From a virus (taxonomy: Duplodnaviria > Caudoviricetes), in the IMG/VR virus record IMGVR_UViG_3300047160_004786, positions 1 to 64,000 of that record: a stretch of DNA of 64,000 nt; one strand, 5' to 3'. The notes under the pieces were generated by a model. It was not told the DNA's origin, searched no databases, and saw nothing but the letters and a program-made list of their open reading frames with translations. Position numbers and translations under genes: made by a program. This document shows positions 18,338-27,137 of the stretch, in pieces (position 1 is the first letter of the stretch; every line of letters begins with the position of its first letter).

Positions 18338-18784
18338 GTGAAAAATGGACCGGACGCCCACGATATCGCGGTTGCTGTGATTGCGGTCGCGAAGGTTTTG
18401 AACCACGATCCTGAAGCTCTTCTCAGGCACCATCATCGATGGTTTGTAATCGATGTGCTGCATCATGGGTGGCCTGGGTGCTCCCTTGCGTGGCGGTCGC
18501 GGGCTCTTGGCTACAAGGACAAGGTCCACCGGCCCAAGCACGCCTCGGCCGAGACCCAGGAGCGGGTCAGGGAGGCCTGGGAGGCGTTGAGGGTTGGGGC
18601 TCGACCGTCCGAGATCGGATCTCTCCACGAGGCCCCCAGGCCCCTTCCTGAGCCCCCTGAGCCGGTACTGCCGGTGCCAGTGCCGGTTCCTCTACCGGAG
18701 GCTGGGGCCTCCAAGGCGAGGCTGAGGGAGTTCCTAGCCCGCGTTGTCGCGAACACTGGGGGTCGCCCGGTTGACGCTGAGTGA
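18338..18784 (+). CDS. Hypothetical protein
   Basis: Abuts the csp stop. Confidence 0.5.
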   Translation: MKNGPDAHDIAVAVIAVAKVLNHDPEALLRHHHRWFVIDVLHHGWPGCSLAWRSRALGYKDKVHRPKHASAETQERVREAWEALRVGARPSEIGSLHEAPRPLPEPPEPVLPVPVPVPLPEAGASKARLREFLARVVANTGGRPVDAE

Positions 18785-18946
18785 TTTTCGTGACAGTGGA
18801 GGAGTTCCGACAGCATATCGACCAAGATACCCAATGGGCCATAATCTGTCGGAGGGGTCTTACACGGGATCCTACTTAGGGGGAGGGGGGGCGAGCTACC
18901 GAGTGCGGAAGCCCCAACACCTTCCTCCCCACGTGTAAACAGAGGG

Positions 18947-19243
18947 ATGTGTATGGTTGATATTGACGCCGAAAGTTTCAGCGATGTCATCAATAACCGG
19001 ATGGAAAACCGAGGTCGGGCATTGCAGACCGCAGCGGATGCCTACAAGAATGAGTTACAGGCACATGGGCACGCCGACGGGCTGAGCGGCCTCCGAGATT
19101 ATTTTTCTCGTATTTGGTTCGATGATATGATGCAGCTATGTGAAGAGCTTGCTGCCGGTAAGCTTCACGGCAAGGTCGATGCGTTCGAGTTGGCTATGGC
19201 ACTACGTGACTGGGCGAGGATGCGAGACTTGACTAGAACGTAG
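18947..19243 (+). CDS. Hypothetical protein
   Basis: AGAGGG RBS, 98 aa. Confidence 0.55.
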   Translation: MCMVDIDAESFSDVINNRMENRGRALQTAADAYKNELQAHGHADGLSGLRDYFSRIWFDDMMQLCEELAAGKLHGKVDAFELAMALRDWARMRDLTRT

Positions 19244-19542
19244 GGAGCGGGAGTTCCGGTGGCTTTGCGAGGGCGGCCTCCTCTGTGCCGCTCTACCGCC
19301 GGAACGGTCGTACACGCGGCCGGTAAGGGGGGAGCAGGCTTCGTCGCTACTGCTCCCCCCACGTGTTTTGGAGGGTGAGATGGAAAATCCGCTGAAGGTT
19401 CCGCCAAAGCACCAGGGTGAGCCCAGGTGCGACAAGTGCAATAACCGGGTGGACGCCATCTGGAGCTTCTGCCCATGGTGTGGGAGTGCGTCGAGTTGGG
19501 ACGACAGGCGTCCCGGCCCACAACGCCTTCAACCGATGAAAG

Positions 19543-19770
19543 ATGACCGGAGAGATAGTGTTGGCGGCGTGGCTGGTTCTGACCGGCCCCGACAACCAGA
19601 CGATTGAAATTCAGACGCCACATATTGTGACGACCCGGCCGCCAAGGGGGAATGAGCATTTCCATCCGTCGGTAAAGTGCTTGCTTCATATGGCGGATGG
19701 AAAGGTCGTTACCGTGATTCAGACGTGTGAAGAGGTTCGCCAGATGCGTGAGGAACTGGAGCAGGAGTGA
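19543..19770 (+). CDS. Hypothetical protein
   Basis: 75 aa, overlaps the next gene by ATGA/GTGA. Confidence 0.55.
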   Translation: MTGEIVLAAWLVLTGPDNQTIEIQTPHIVTTRPPRGNEHFHPSVKCLLHMADGKVVTVIQTCEEVRQMREELEQE

Positions 19771-19979
19771 TGAAGCGGGGGCGGAAGCCGATTGGCAAGC
19801 GGGCTATGACGGATGTAGAACGCAAGCGTCGTCAGCGAGCCAAAGAGGCTGAGGAAAGAGCGGAATTAAAACCAGCGGAAGAAATAATTTCAGGAATCGA
19901 TAAAATTATAATTGATGCAAAAAAACTCGCAGATCATAGCGAGGAGCTACTCAAGAAAACCAAACGAATGCTTGGGTGA
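19767..19979 (+). CDS. Small basic DNA-binding-like protein
   Basis: RGRKPIGKRAMTDVERKRRQR motif. Confidence 0.55.
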   Translation: MMKRGRKPIGKRAMTDVERKRRQRAKEAEERAELKPAEEIISGIDKIIIDAKKLADHSEELLKKTKRMLG

Positions 19980-20040
19980 CAGGCCAGGATTGGAGTGATA
20001 CAGTCTCCCCAACCTAACCGCATATTTGTGGGAGCGGGGG

Positions 20041-20499
20041 ATGAAGATTCGCGTTCACGACCCAGAATTTTGGGTGGCATTGGCGATTGGTGCTGGAGCT
20101 TTTGTATTTGCGTATACGTATTCCTCTCCTCGCATCGAGGCTCAGGCCGGCAAGCCGATCTACTGTACGGCCTCGGCGTTCTACGATGCCTCTGACAGCG
20201 GGAATATTCAGGTAGTCCCGGCTCCATCGCAGTCGTCTGGAGCAATCTATATCTGCTCCTATGCATTGATGGCCGGGACGAATGCCGTCAATGTGGGGCT
20301 GACTTATGGGACCGGAACCAACTGCGGAACCGGCAATACCAAGGTGACGCCGGCTTGGCAGCTTGCCGCGAACGGGGGAATTGTCGAGCCAATCGCCAAT
20401 TTCAACGGTCTCTATCTTCCGATTCAGAAGGCATTATGCGTCACCTCCTCGGCTGGTCAGGCTCATCAGGCCAGGATCAGCTATGCGGTCATATTCTGA
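20041..20499 (+). CDS. Exported or virion-associated beta-rich protein
   Basis: Hydrophobic N-terminus followed by EAQA, translationally coupled to the next gene. Confidence 0.7.
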   Translation: MKIRVHDPEFWVALAIGAGAFVFAYTYSSPRIEAQAGKPIYCTASAFYDASDSGNIQVVPAPSQSSGAIYICSYALMAGTNAVNVGLTYGTGTNCGTGNTKVTPAWQLAANGGIVEPIANFNGLYLPIQKALCVTSSAGQAHQARISYAVIF

Positions 20500-21518
20500 T
20501 GAGGTGGGTGTCGGGGTTGATCCTTGGGCTGGTACTGACGGCTGAGCCGTCCTCGGCCCAGATGACCCAGACCTTTGGGGGATCGAGCAAGACCGGGGCT
20601 ATCTCCGGGTGCTCTCCGACTTGCCCTGGCGACATAGTCATTTCGGAGACGTGGAAGGTCTTCTATTCAACGAGCCGTTGCTACAATAAGGCTTACACTG
20701 GCAACGTCATGGATGTGTGGGATGCTGCGACTGGCAGCACGACCGAGACGCTGGTGACATGCTCTATCAATGGGGTGATGAACCAGACCATCAATCCGTT
20801 GGCGACAACGTGTGCCAGCGGGTGTGAGATCGCCACGCTCTACGATCAGGTCGGGACGGCGTGTGTGGGAACTGGGACGGCGTGCAACATCACCAATACG
20901 CATGCGGGGACTGGGAGCAGGCCGAGGCTTATTCTTAACGCCACCAATTCCAAGGCTTGCATGCAGATCCTGGCGACGACGACTGGTGGTATTCTGACCT
21001 CGACTAACACGTTCACTCAGGCTCAGCCATTTTCGATGTCAGCGGTTGCGAATCGCACTGGTCAGACGACGACTGCCTCAAGTTTGATTTCCAATATTAC
21101 TGGTGGTGCCGTGAGGATGGGGTATGGGGTAGGAGTGAATCTGATCGATCTATATGCGGGTGGCACTGATTTGACTACAGGGGCGGGGGACAGTGCTTAT
21201 CATGCTCTGGGGTATGTGGCCAATGCGGCCTCCAGTTCGGTATTTGTGGATAGCAGTCAGACGTTGGCGGGATCAACAATTGGAGCTAATGCTTACTCTG
21301 CTACGACGCTGGCGATGGGTCAGGGTGCTACGACTGGGTTGAATGCGATGTCGTGCGAGCTTGGCATTCTAGGAGGGTCGTTGACGCCGAGTGATGCTGG
21401 GGCTCTTGCGTCCAATCAGCAGAATTTTTATGGGCTGTCGGTGTGTGTCGGAGCCAATGGTCAGTTGAATTTCTCGATCTTCTGCAACGTCGCATATATC
21501 GCACAGGTGTTTCCATGA
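20499..21518 (+). CDS. Signal-peptide protein with a ConA/LamG or arabinofuranosidase-B-like beta-sandwich
   Basis: MRWVSGLILGLVLTAEPSSAQ signal, then YSTSRCYNKAYTGNVMDV...IATLYDQVG pattern. Confidence 0.6.
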   Translation: MRWVSGLILGLVLTAEPSSAQMTQTFGGSSKTGAISGCSPTCPGDIVISETWKVFYSTSRCYNKAYTGNVMDVWDAATGSTTETLVTCSINGVMNQTINPLATTCASGCEIATLYDQVGTACVGTGTACNITNTHAGTGSRPRLILNATNSKACMQILATTTGGILTSTNTFTQAQPFSMSAVANRTGQTTTASSLISNITGGAVRMGYGVGVNLIDLYAGGTDLTTGAGDSAYHALGYVANAASSSVFVDSSQTLAGSTIGANAYSATTLAMGQGATTGLNAMSCELGILGGSLTPSDAGALASNQQNFYGLSVCVGANGQLNFSIFCNVAYIAQVFP

Positions 21519-21775
21519 GGATGATCCTGGCTGCGGTGTTTTTGTTGATCAGTACGGTCTATGCGGTGGCCAGGGACGTGGCGATCATTGCGGACGATCA
21601 GCATCGGCAGGATATCATGCAAGTGCTCGATGCAGCTCTCAAGAATCAGGGAATAAACATCCTGCCCCAGGTCAATCGGGTCATCGAGATTTTGCAGAAG
21701 GCTAATACTGTGGTTGAGCAGAAAGATGACTCGACCGCACCCAAGTCAAATAAAGGGATCGAGCACAAGGACTAA
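21515..21775 (+). CDS. Small signal-peptide protein
   Basis: MRMILAAVFLLISTVYAVA signal, ATGA overlap. Confidence 0.65.
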   Translation: MRMILAAVFLLISTVYAVARDVAIIADDQHRQDIMQVLDAALKNQGINILPQVNRVIEILQKANTVVEQKDDSTAPKSNKGIEHKD

Positions 21776-21779
21776 GACG

Positions 21780-22664
21780 ATGCGGAAGCTGGGGTTGGCC
21801 TATGCCTTGCTGGTATCAGTGTCTACCCAGGCTCTCGCCGGGACAGGTACGATTACCGTCAAGGATTCCACTGGAGCGACGCAGACTTATACAGTGATTA
21901 CCAACGGCTCGGGGTTTTTTGGGCCTATGGTGGGTGTCTGTGATGGGGCGGCATTGGCCACGTGTGCCACGGTGGGGACGTATGGGACGGCTCCTGGTGC
22001 CGTGGCGGCACTCAACGTCAACGCAAGCGTGACCAACACGCCGGCTGTATCGCAGTCCGGCACTTGGAACGTGGGGATCACCGGGACGCCGGCAGTGACG
22101 CAGTCCGGCACCTGGACGATGCAACCTGGGAATACGGCGAATACGACACCCTGGCTGGTCAATGCCAATCAGAACGGCACGTGGTCCATGAGAACGCAGG
22201 ACGGCTCCGGTAACGCCATCGGTTCGACCTCCGGTGCTCTCAATGTGAATGTCAATAATGCGACGACGCCCGGTCCCAACACGCCGGCAAATTCTTCGCC
22301 TGTCATTCCGGCGGTCTCTACTCCTGGCAATGCGATTGCACCGGCTACTCCTGCGGGGGTCAATCTCAAGGCCAGTGCGGGACAGATCAATAGCATCGAG
22401 CTTGGGACCATTGCGTCGGGGGCTGCTTGGTTAAAGCTTTATGATTCGGCCACGGCTCCCACGTGCGGATCGGGAACGCCGGTCAAGCGGTTACTGATCC
22501 CGGTTGCATCTACGGCGGCGAACGGCGGTGGCTCGAACATTACCTTTCCATCTCCAATCAAATTTACGAACGGGATCGGCTACTGTGTTACGGGAGGGAT
22601 TACGGATGCCGATACGACGGCTCTGACGGCAAACACTGTTGCTGTAAACATTGATTGGAACTGA
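21780..22664 (+). CDS. Signal-peptide, Thr/Ala/Gly-rich fibre- or decoration-like protein
   Basis: MRKLGLAYALLVSVSTQALA signal, internal repeats of the type TP(A)V(S/T)QSGTW. Confidence 0.7.
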   Translation: MRKLGLAYALLVSVSTQALAGTGTITVKDSTGATQTYTVITNGSGFFGPMVGVCDGAALATCATVGTYGTAPGAVAALNVNASVTNTPAVSQSGTWNVGITGTPAVTQSGTWTMQPGNTANTTPWLVNANQNGTWSMRTQDGSGNAIGSTSGALNVNVNNATTPGPNTPANSSPVIPAVSTPGNAIAPATPAGVNLKASAGQINSIELGTIASGAAWLKLYDSATAPTCGSGTPVKRLLIPVASTAANGGGSNITFPSPIKFTNGIGYCVTGGITDADTTALTANTVAVNIDWN

Positions 22665-22666
22665 CC

Positions 22667-24082
22667 GTGATTGTTCGTTTAGCTATAGTTGCGATCCTCC
22701 TGGGGCTCGTGCTGCTGAAGGCCGCCACGGCTCAGCTTACGATGGTTGGTATTGGTGCGGGTGGATATGGAGGAGGTGGAGGGGGTGGTGGGTCATTGAC
22801 GTGGACTGCGGTTGCCAATCCGACTCCCATCACGGGAGGAGGGCTTACCAGCCCGATGGTATTTTCCGGGGTTAATTTCGGAGCGGCTGATTCGACACGG
22901 GTGCTGGTGGCATGTCTCGCCTGGGAGGGGGCTGTAGGAGATTCTCGGGCTGATGTAAGTGCCGTCAGCATTGGTGGTGTATCGGCGTCGTTGGCGGCAG
23001 ACTTATATCCGACTACGCAACGTGGAAATGCTATTTGGTATGCGAGTGTGCCTACCGGAACGAGCGGAACAGTCTCTGTCACTGCCAGTGGGGGCACAAG
23101 CTACATTAACGAAATGGTTTTGACGTTGGGGAAGATAACCGGAAGCTCGACAACGTCATTGGTGTCAACGATCAATAGCGTTCCTCCCGGCTATCCAAAT
23201 TCTTATTCAAATAATAATTCTGGTACGGTTACGGTACCTACGAATGGAGTTGGGGTTCAATGTGGCGTTGGTGATTATTCTGGTTCTACTTCTGTATCAA
23301 CGTGGACAAATGCAACGAAGGATTATGATAATCAAGATACAAGTGCTGATTCCGTTCCGGTGGTCAATTCCCTGGCACACGCAACGGCAAGTGCGACTGT
23401 TACCGAGACATTTGTTTCGACAGGTGGTTCTGGATGGGTAGGGGCGAACTTTGGCATAGCTCCCCCTCCTCCCTCGCTTACGGTTGGAACAGGCTCGATC
23501 TTCAGCAACAGCTATGCGGCAGGATATACATGGACGGGCATGAACAGCGGTGTTAACTGGCCTGCCGGGGCTCTTGTGGCTGTTTCGACGTGTAATTCCG
23601 ATAATGTAGCCTTTGTTTCTCCTCAAATAGGAGGAGTTTCCGCTACGCTTGCTGCTGGAAGCCCAACGACGGGAGTGGCAGTATATTATGCGGTCATGTC
23701 TTCGTCTTCTCCAGATACGTTTTCTATCACCAATGCAAATTCATTTGCCTATCTGGGGGCTGCTGCCGTCTATATGCAAAATCTTGCATCCTCGACGCCC
23801 GACAGCACGGCAACAGAGGCATATGGCAATCAGGCTGATCCCCAAACAACATCTTCTCCTCTTACAGTGGTAAGCGGTGGGTTTGGTGTCGTCAATGCTT
23901 GCTCGCTAAGCGTGGTTACTACACCGGTATGGAACACAGGAATTGGCTTGCTCAACTTGACATACACGTCCGTTCATCAGCTTCTCGTAGCGAAGATGAC
24001 GACGACCGGAACTCCATCTGTATCTGGTTCCGGGGGTAACTATAATTTCGCAATGGGAATGGCTGCGGCGTCATGGCACTGA
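22667..24082 (+). CDS. Signal-peptide, Ser/Thr/Gly-rich protein with two similar beta domains
   Basis: IVRLAIVAILLGLVLLKAATAQ signal, poly-Gly linker, PPPPS linker between repeated domains. Confidence 0.7.
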   Translation: MIVRLAIVAILLGLVLLKAATAQLTMVGIGAGGYGGGGGGGGSLTWTAVANPTPITGGGLTSPMVFSGVNFGAADSTRVLVACLAWEGAVGDSRADVSAVSIGGVSASLAADLYPTTQRGNAIWYASVPTGTSGTVSVTASGGTSYINEMVLTLGKITGSSTTSLVSTINSVPPGYPNSYSNNNSGTVTVPTNGVGVQCGVGDYSGSTSVSTWTNATKDYDNQDTSADSVPVVNSLAHATASATVTETFVSTGGSGWVGANFGIAPPPPSLTVGTGSIFSNSYAAGYTWTGMNSGVNWPAGALVAVSTCNSDNVAFVSPQIGGVSATLAAGSPTTGVAVYYAVMSSSSPDTFSITNANSFAYLGAAAVYMQNLASSTPDSTATEAYGNQADPQTTSSPLTVVSGGFGVVNACSLSVVTTPVWNTGIGLLNLTYTSVHQLLVAKMTTTGTPSVSGSGGNYNFAMGMAAASWH

Positions 24083-27000
24083 GATGGATGCTTTTGGCGA
24101 TCATGGTGCTGCTGCCTGCCCTCGTGCAGGCGGGAACGTGGGCACCATTCCAGGCTAATAGCAGTTCTGTTCCCCTTAACACATGGCTTCCGCTCAAGAT
24201 GGGGGGAGGTGGGTACGTCACCGGCATCGACATCAATCCCGATGGAACCAAGCTGGTTCGCACCGATACCTATGGAGCCTACCTGTGGACCGGGTCGCAG
24301 TGGCAGCAACTGGTAACCCAGTCTGCCATGCCGGCGGCTAATTTCGGCTACGCTCCTCCTTCAGGGATCAACCAGAATGGTCTCGGCAATGGAGGGGGCG
24401 TTTACGAGATATCATCGGCTCCGTCCAATTCCAGCGTCATTTATATGGCTTATGCCGGCCAAATATTCAAATCGACCAACAAGGGAAGCACTTTCACGTT
24501 GACGGCCTTTCCCTCGGCTACGATGTACAGCAACAACAGTGCCCAGCGATACACGGGGCATAAGTTGGCTATCGATCCGGCCAATCCCAGCATCGTCTAT
24601 GCCGGCAGTGACAACAATGGACTGTGGTTCACCATCAATGGAGGGACGAGTTGGACGCAAGTGTCGTCCAGCGTCATTCCTACGGCCAGCAACGATCCCA
24701 GCGGCAATCCAACCGGATACAGGATCGCCTTTGACCCGTCGTCTGGAACGACAGGAGGGGCAACTAACCGAATTTATGTCAACAACAGTGCCGGTCTCTA
24801 TGTGAGTGTCAATGCCGGTTCGTCTTGGTCCTTGGTGGCAAGCTCGCCTACCGGATGTCAGCATATGGTCGTAGCTCCAACCGGAGGTGTGGTCTGGCTT
24901 GTCGATGGCTATGCACCGAATGACACTAATCTCTGGTCCTATACCGGTGGCACGGCCGGGACGTGGACCAACGTGGGCTCGACAGCCTCGTATCATTCCG
25001 TCGCTGTCGATCCGGCCAACGTCAATCATATCGTGGGGATCAATACCGGAGGTGCAATCAACGTCTGGAATGGCTCAACGTGGACCGGGTTCAGTACGTC
25101 ATTGCGTGCCGCTACGGATGTGCCGTGGCTTGCTGTTGTAAACGAAAGTTATATGTCGGCCGGTGACATTGCATTCGATCCTACCGGCAGCAATCTACTG
25201 TATTTCTCGCAGGGGATCGGTGTCTGGTATACCAATCCGCCGACTGTCGCTGGGAATGTCACTTGGACATCGCAAACGGCCGGGATCGAACAGCTTATTT
25301 CTAATCATTTAGTCGTTCCGAATAGCATCCCGGTTGTCGGCGTGTGGGACCGGCAGCTTGCGACATTGACCAACCCCAACGTCTATCCCAGTTCTTTGGT
25401 CGAGACGACCATGGCTCCATCCATCATGGCCGGGTGGGATCTTGACTGGGTCGTATCCTCCCCATCGACAATCTGTGTGGCCAACGCCTGGGCGGGAGAT
25501 CCCGACTTTTCCGGCTGCTCGCAGAATGGCGGCACGACGTGGATGCCGTTCAACTCGTGGGGGTACAGGGTCTCTGCGACGGCGACGGCAAACAACGGCA
25601 GCGGGCTGATCCGGGTCACGGTGCCATCCACGACCGGATTGACGACGTGGGCGGCCGGCAGCGGCTCGATTGTGGTCTTGGTGGAGCTTACGCCTGGGGG
25701 TCCGAGTGCATACCACACTGGGGGAGGGACCATCCCTGGATTTGCCTATTACCCGGTGACGGTCGTTGACAGTACGCACATCGATTTGCAGACCTCGACC
25801 TATACTTCCGGTACGTCGGGAACCGGCGGTAATTATCTGATTTATGTGCCAACGAATGCACTGACTAGCTATGGGGCTCTCAATAACGTCGTGGGGGCGG
25901 CGAACAGCGGTGGTAACATTCAGCTATCGTTCGTTTCGCAGCAATATCAGATCAACAATGGGGTGATGGCTTGCGTATCCGGTGTGGCGGGGACTACTGA
26001 GGCAAACGGATGCTGGATTACCAGTTCTGTGTCAGGTGGCGATAATAATAATCCTGGCACGGTCATATTGAACGGCTCAACATTCGTGCATCCCTGGACC
26101 AGCGGCGGGGTGATCAAGGTTCAAGTGCCGCAAGGGGGAGGCATTGCGACCTCGACTGGCAGTAATATCATTCGTGTTTCATCAAATAATAATTTTCCGT
26201 ATTGCACAACGGATGGCGGCCAGACGTGGACGGATATTTCGGCTGGTATAGCGACGCCGGTCGGGGTGCGGATAACGGCTGCTTCATGGACATCGGCCAA
26301 CAACGGGACTCTCAGTTATACGACGGCCAGCAATCATAATATGACGCCTGGAAGCGGGGTTGGCATTCTCGGGAATGCTCCATCAGGGTACAATGTGAGC
26401 GGTACTCTTACGACTGCTTCTGGCAACACGTTTACGTTGACGGGAACGACAAACAGCACGACCTATGCCAATCCCGGAACCGCAACTGCATTTGGAGCAT
26501 CGACAACGGACACGGGATGGGGTTTTGCCTATTATCTTCAGAAACACGTGGCATCCCCGGATCGTGTGACGCCAAACAAGTTCTATATCTATAATTATCA
26601 TACTGGTCTTTATACCGTTTCCAATTGCGGGACGCCGACGCTCGTCAATAGTACGATATTTCCTGCTAGCGGCGATAATGATTTCCTGCGTACCGTGCCT
26701 GGGCAGGCTGGGCATTTGTTTTACGGGGCCGGTCCACTTGGAAGTGCTCTTGCTGGGCACCCGGCCAGCACGCAGTTGCAACGATCCTGTGATGGTGGAA
26801 ACACGTTTTCGACCGTGGCCAACATCTGGGAGCCTATCGCCCTCGGTTTCGGGGCACCCGCACCGGGTAAGAATTATCAGGCGATCTATTACATCGGTTG
26901 GAACGGCCCGGTTCAAAGCACCTCGACGTTCGGGATCTGGCGGTCTACCGACGATGCAAATAATGGTGTCAATGGAGCTTGTTCTGGGGGCAATACGTGG

Positions 27001-27126
27001 ACCAAGATTGGGGACTATCCATTAGGTTGGATGAGTGGGTTCTCAGACATCCAGGCTGATCAAGTCAACTATGGTTGGGTCTATGTCGGAAATGGCAATG
27101 GCTTTGCGTATGGGCATTTTAACTGA
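24073..27126 (+). CDS. GH74 xyloglucanase-like double beta-propeller protein with a signal peptide
   Basis: WLPLKMGGGGYVTGI..LVRTDTYGAY and AGIEQL..VGVWD resemble the two GH74 catalytic-Asp motifs. BNR repeats (STNKGSTF, TINGGTSW, SQNGGTTW, TTDGGQTW, SCDGGNTF). Confidence 0.75.
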   Translation: MALRWMLLAIMVLLPALVQAGTWAPFQANSSSVPLNTWLPLKMGGGGYVTGIDINPDGTKLVRTDTYGAYLWTGSQWQQLVTQSAMPAANFGYAPPSGINQNGLGNGGGVYEISSAPSNSSVIYMAYAGQIFKSTNKGSTFTLTAFPSATMYSNNSAQRYTGHKLAIDPANPSIVYAGSDNNGLWFTINGGTSWTQVSSSVIPTASNDPSGNPTGYRIAFDPSSGTTGGATNRIYVNNSAGLYVSVNAGSSWSLVASSPTGCQHMVVAPTGGVVWLVDGYAPNDTNLWSYTGGTAGTWTNVGSTASYHSVAVDPANVNHIVGINTGGAINVWNGSTWTGFSTSLRAATDVPWLAVVNESYMSAGDIAFDPTGSNLLYFSQGIGVWYTNPPTVAGNVTWTSQTAGIEQLISNHLVVPNSIPVVGVWDRQLATLTNPNVYPSSLVETTMAPSIMAGWDLDWVVSSPSTICVANAWAGDPDFSGCSQNGGTTWMPFNSWGYRVSATATANNGSGLIRVTVPSTTGLTTWAAGSGSIVVLVELTPGGPSAYHTGGGTIPGFAYYPVTVVDSTHIDLQTSTYTSGTSGTGGNYLIYVPTNALTSYGALNNVVGAANSGGNIQLSFVSQQYQINNGVMACVSGVAGTTEANGCWITSSVSGGDNNNPGTVILNGSTFVHPWTSGGVIKVQVPQGGGIATSTGSNIIRVSSNNNFPYCTTDGGQTWTDISAGIATPVGVRITAASWTSANNGTLSYTTASNHNMTPGSGVGILGNAPSGYNVSGTLTTASGNTFTLTGTTNSTTYANPGTATAFGASTTDTGWGFAYYLQKHVASPDRVTPNKFYIYNYHTGLYTVSNCGTPTLVNSTIFPASGDNDFLRTVPGQAGHLFYGAGPLGSALAGHPASTQLQRSCDGGNTFSTVANIWEPIALGFGAPAPGKNYQAIYYIGWNGPVQSTSTFGIWRSTDDANNGVNGACSGGNTWTKIGDYPLGWMSGFSDIQADQVNYGWVYVGNGNGFAYGHFN

Positions 27127-27137
27127 GAGTGACGCAG

